Source: the human T2T-CHM13v2.0 reference genome, Homo sapiens. Taken from it: a stretch of DNA of 64,000 bases. The notes beneath the pieces are model-generated. The model ran no database searches. It was not told the origin of the DNA and worked only from the letters and a program-made list of their open reading frames with translations. Of the stretch, positions 62,321-64,000 are shown piece after piece. The position numbers were made by a program, and so were the translations under genes. The stretch lies in the NCBI RefSeq assembly GCF_009914755.1, contig NC_060938.1. One strand, written 5' to 3'. Each line of letters begins with the position of its first letter. Within the stretch, counting starts at the first letter, position 1.

Positions 62321-63140
62321 TTCATTTCATTGTGTACTGGAGGAGAAGAAAGTCTGTCATCTGGCCCCTTGCTGCCATCTGTCTGCACGTCAGTCTGTTG
62401 TCATTTGCACTGTGCATTTGTCTATTTAAAACAATCCTACCCAGATGCCCCCTCCTCAGTGTCACCTTCCACCCTGGCAGGATGCCTTATGGCAATGCCA
62501 CTTCTGAGATGGTCGTGGGAGTCAGCACCACTGGCCAGGTATGTGAATTTTCTGCTAACAATGGAAGAGTTTGAAAAACCATATATGAAGTACCATTAAC
62601 CCCAAGCATGCAATCTATCCTTAGGAAGACTTCCTGGAAATTATGCTCACCTTTGGGGATGAGGCCATGATTCTGAGGTCAGTGCCATGCCATGGTCTAA
62701 TAAAGTTTGCATTCAATGCTGTTTGTTTCTGTATGATCAATATTGTAAAGTCAGTCTCTTTGTCATGGACTCAGCTTTGGAGGGTTCCTGGACACAAGGC
62801 CTGTGTAAGGAAAGGATCATTACTGTCAGCCTCGATGCTAATGTGAGATGAGGGAATGTGCCCTGCTCTGATCCAAATGCTGAGTTTCTGTGCACTTGGC
62901 CTCTCCACCATCAGGTTCCCTGGCAGTGCTCCTTTAGACATGCACCCACCTTGGCAAAGACATTGAGGTCTGGATGGCTGCAGGGTCCGGGATGGAATGG
63001 TTGAATACAGGGCGTGTGCTTTCTTCTCAACCCTCTTGCAGTCCGTCTGCTAACCGTCAATGTTCACTGTCTCCTAGGGGGACTTCCTGGAGGAGGCCAA
63101 CTTTGGAGAACAGGCATTGACATTGGGTCTGCGCTAGCGT

Positions 63141-63224
63141 GTGGTACTTGAAGATAGGTTATCCGTGTTGCCTTCGCTTTATTTGTGACGAATCATACAC
63201 GGTTGACCTATTTTTCAGTACCAA
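63141..63224 (+). ncRNA. MIR154: pre-miR-154
   Basis: 5p TAGGTTATCCGTGTTGCCTTCG; 3p AATCATACACGGTTGACCTATT. Confidence 0.99.
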
Positions 63225-63430
63225 ATCCCGCCTTGGAGGGCTTCCTGGAGCGGAGTCTTACTTCAGGGTGTCAGCTCCTCTCCAGGGTAAGGAAGGGGAC
63301 CATTGACCATAGCCGACCCAGCAGTGTGCCCTGGCCCTAACCCTGTGTGTGCCCCGTCCTTGGGGAGGTTTCTAGAGATGGTGCCACCTTTGGGGAAGAA
63401 GTGGAGCTTTTCCTATCAGAGCTACTCTGT

Positions 63431-63510
63431 GGTACTGGTGGAGAGGTCTTCCATGATGCATTCGATTTATTTTTTGACCAATCCTACATAGTGGACTCTT
63501 TTGAAAGCAT
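63431..63510 (+). pseudogene. miR-154b-like hairpin, probably decayed in human
   Basis: 5' AGAGGTCTTCCATGATGCATTCG; 3' AATCCTACATAGTGGACTCTTT. Confidence 0.55.
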
Positions 63511-63958
63511 TAAATCTAGCCTTAAAGCACCCTCGGGTGGTGCCGAGTTTAGGAACTAGAACTGGTGTCTGAATGCCTGAACGCACGGCGAAGCTGACAG
63601 TGTGCACACTCTTCTTGGTGGGTCGTGCACCTGCAGGCGTCCTGCTTGCTTACCATGGCAGTTTCCTCGAAAGAGGCGGCAGTTCCCTCATCGGCTCACT
63701 GCATGTTTGACAAGACACCGTCTTGCTGTCTTCCCTGCTGCCCTCTCTTCATGTATCACAGATGGTGCTCTGCAGAGCTCTCTGCTGTGGCACTTCCCTC
63801 CCTGAATGGCTTCCTGCAAGAGGTGCTAATTGCAAGTAAGGGATGGAGTGCGGCCCGGACCGCAGAGCTTATTTCGTGGGTGGTGTGTTGCCACCTTCCT
63901 GACTCTCAGTATCCCGTCCGTCCTCAGGCCTGCTGCTGGGACGCGCTGGAAGCGAGCA

Positions 63959-64000
63959 CCCAAGTCAGGTACTCGAATGGAGGTTGTCCATGGTGTGTTC
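63959..64000 (+). ncRNA. MIR496: pre-miR-496, 5' part (truncated by window end)
   Basis: CCCAAGTCAGGTACTCGAATGGAGGTTGTCCATGGTGTGTTC matches the recalled 5' end of the hairpin and the expected order after MIR154. Confidence 0.92.

Overview
This is human genomic DNA from the maternally expressed, imprinted DLK1-DIO3 domain at 14q32.31. The identification rests on near-exact matches to human pre-miRNA sequences as I recall them. No credible protein-coding gene is present. Layout on the + strand: (1) ~170-3400 is an AT-rich, ~250-bp-periodic array of mostly decayed SNORD112/113/114-type C/D-box snoRNA units, the distal tail of the 14q snoRNA cluster. One copy at 1878-1951 looks intact. (2) ~3400-25000 is a repeat-rich spacer (L2, MIR, old L1, four Alus, a 1.2-kb 16-mer minisatellite). 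(3) ~25150-64000 holds most of the miR-379/miR-656 (C14MC) microRNA mega-cluster. It contains 34 complete recognisable pre-miRNAs from MIR379 to MIR154 plus the 5' part of MIR496, all on + and embedded in a degenerate ~150-160-bp tandem repeat with many decayed or unannotated hairpin copies. The locus is well studied, so this is not a new system. The points most worth checking are: intact-looking hairpins I do not recall as annotated human miRNAs (miR-376-like at 42730, miR-654-like at 43215, miR-758-like at 44892, miR-3959-like at 55396, miR-154b-like at 63431); the decayed snoRNA array; possible sequence kinship between the snoRNA and miRNA repeat units; inverted Alus bracketing the ADAR-edited miR-376 subcluster; and two hairpin variants suggesting a non-reference haplotype. 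Reference sequences were recalled from memory, not searched.
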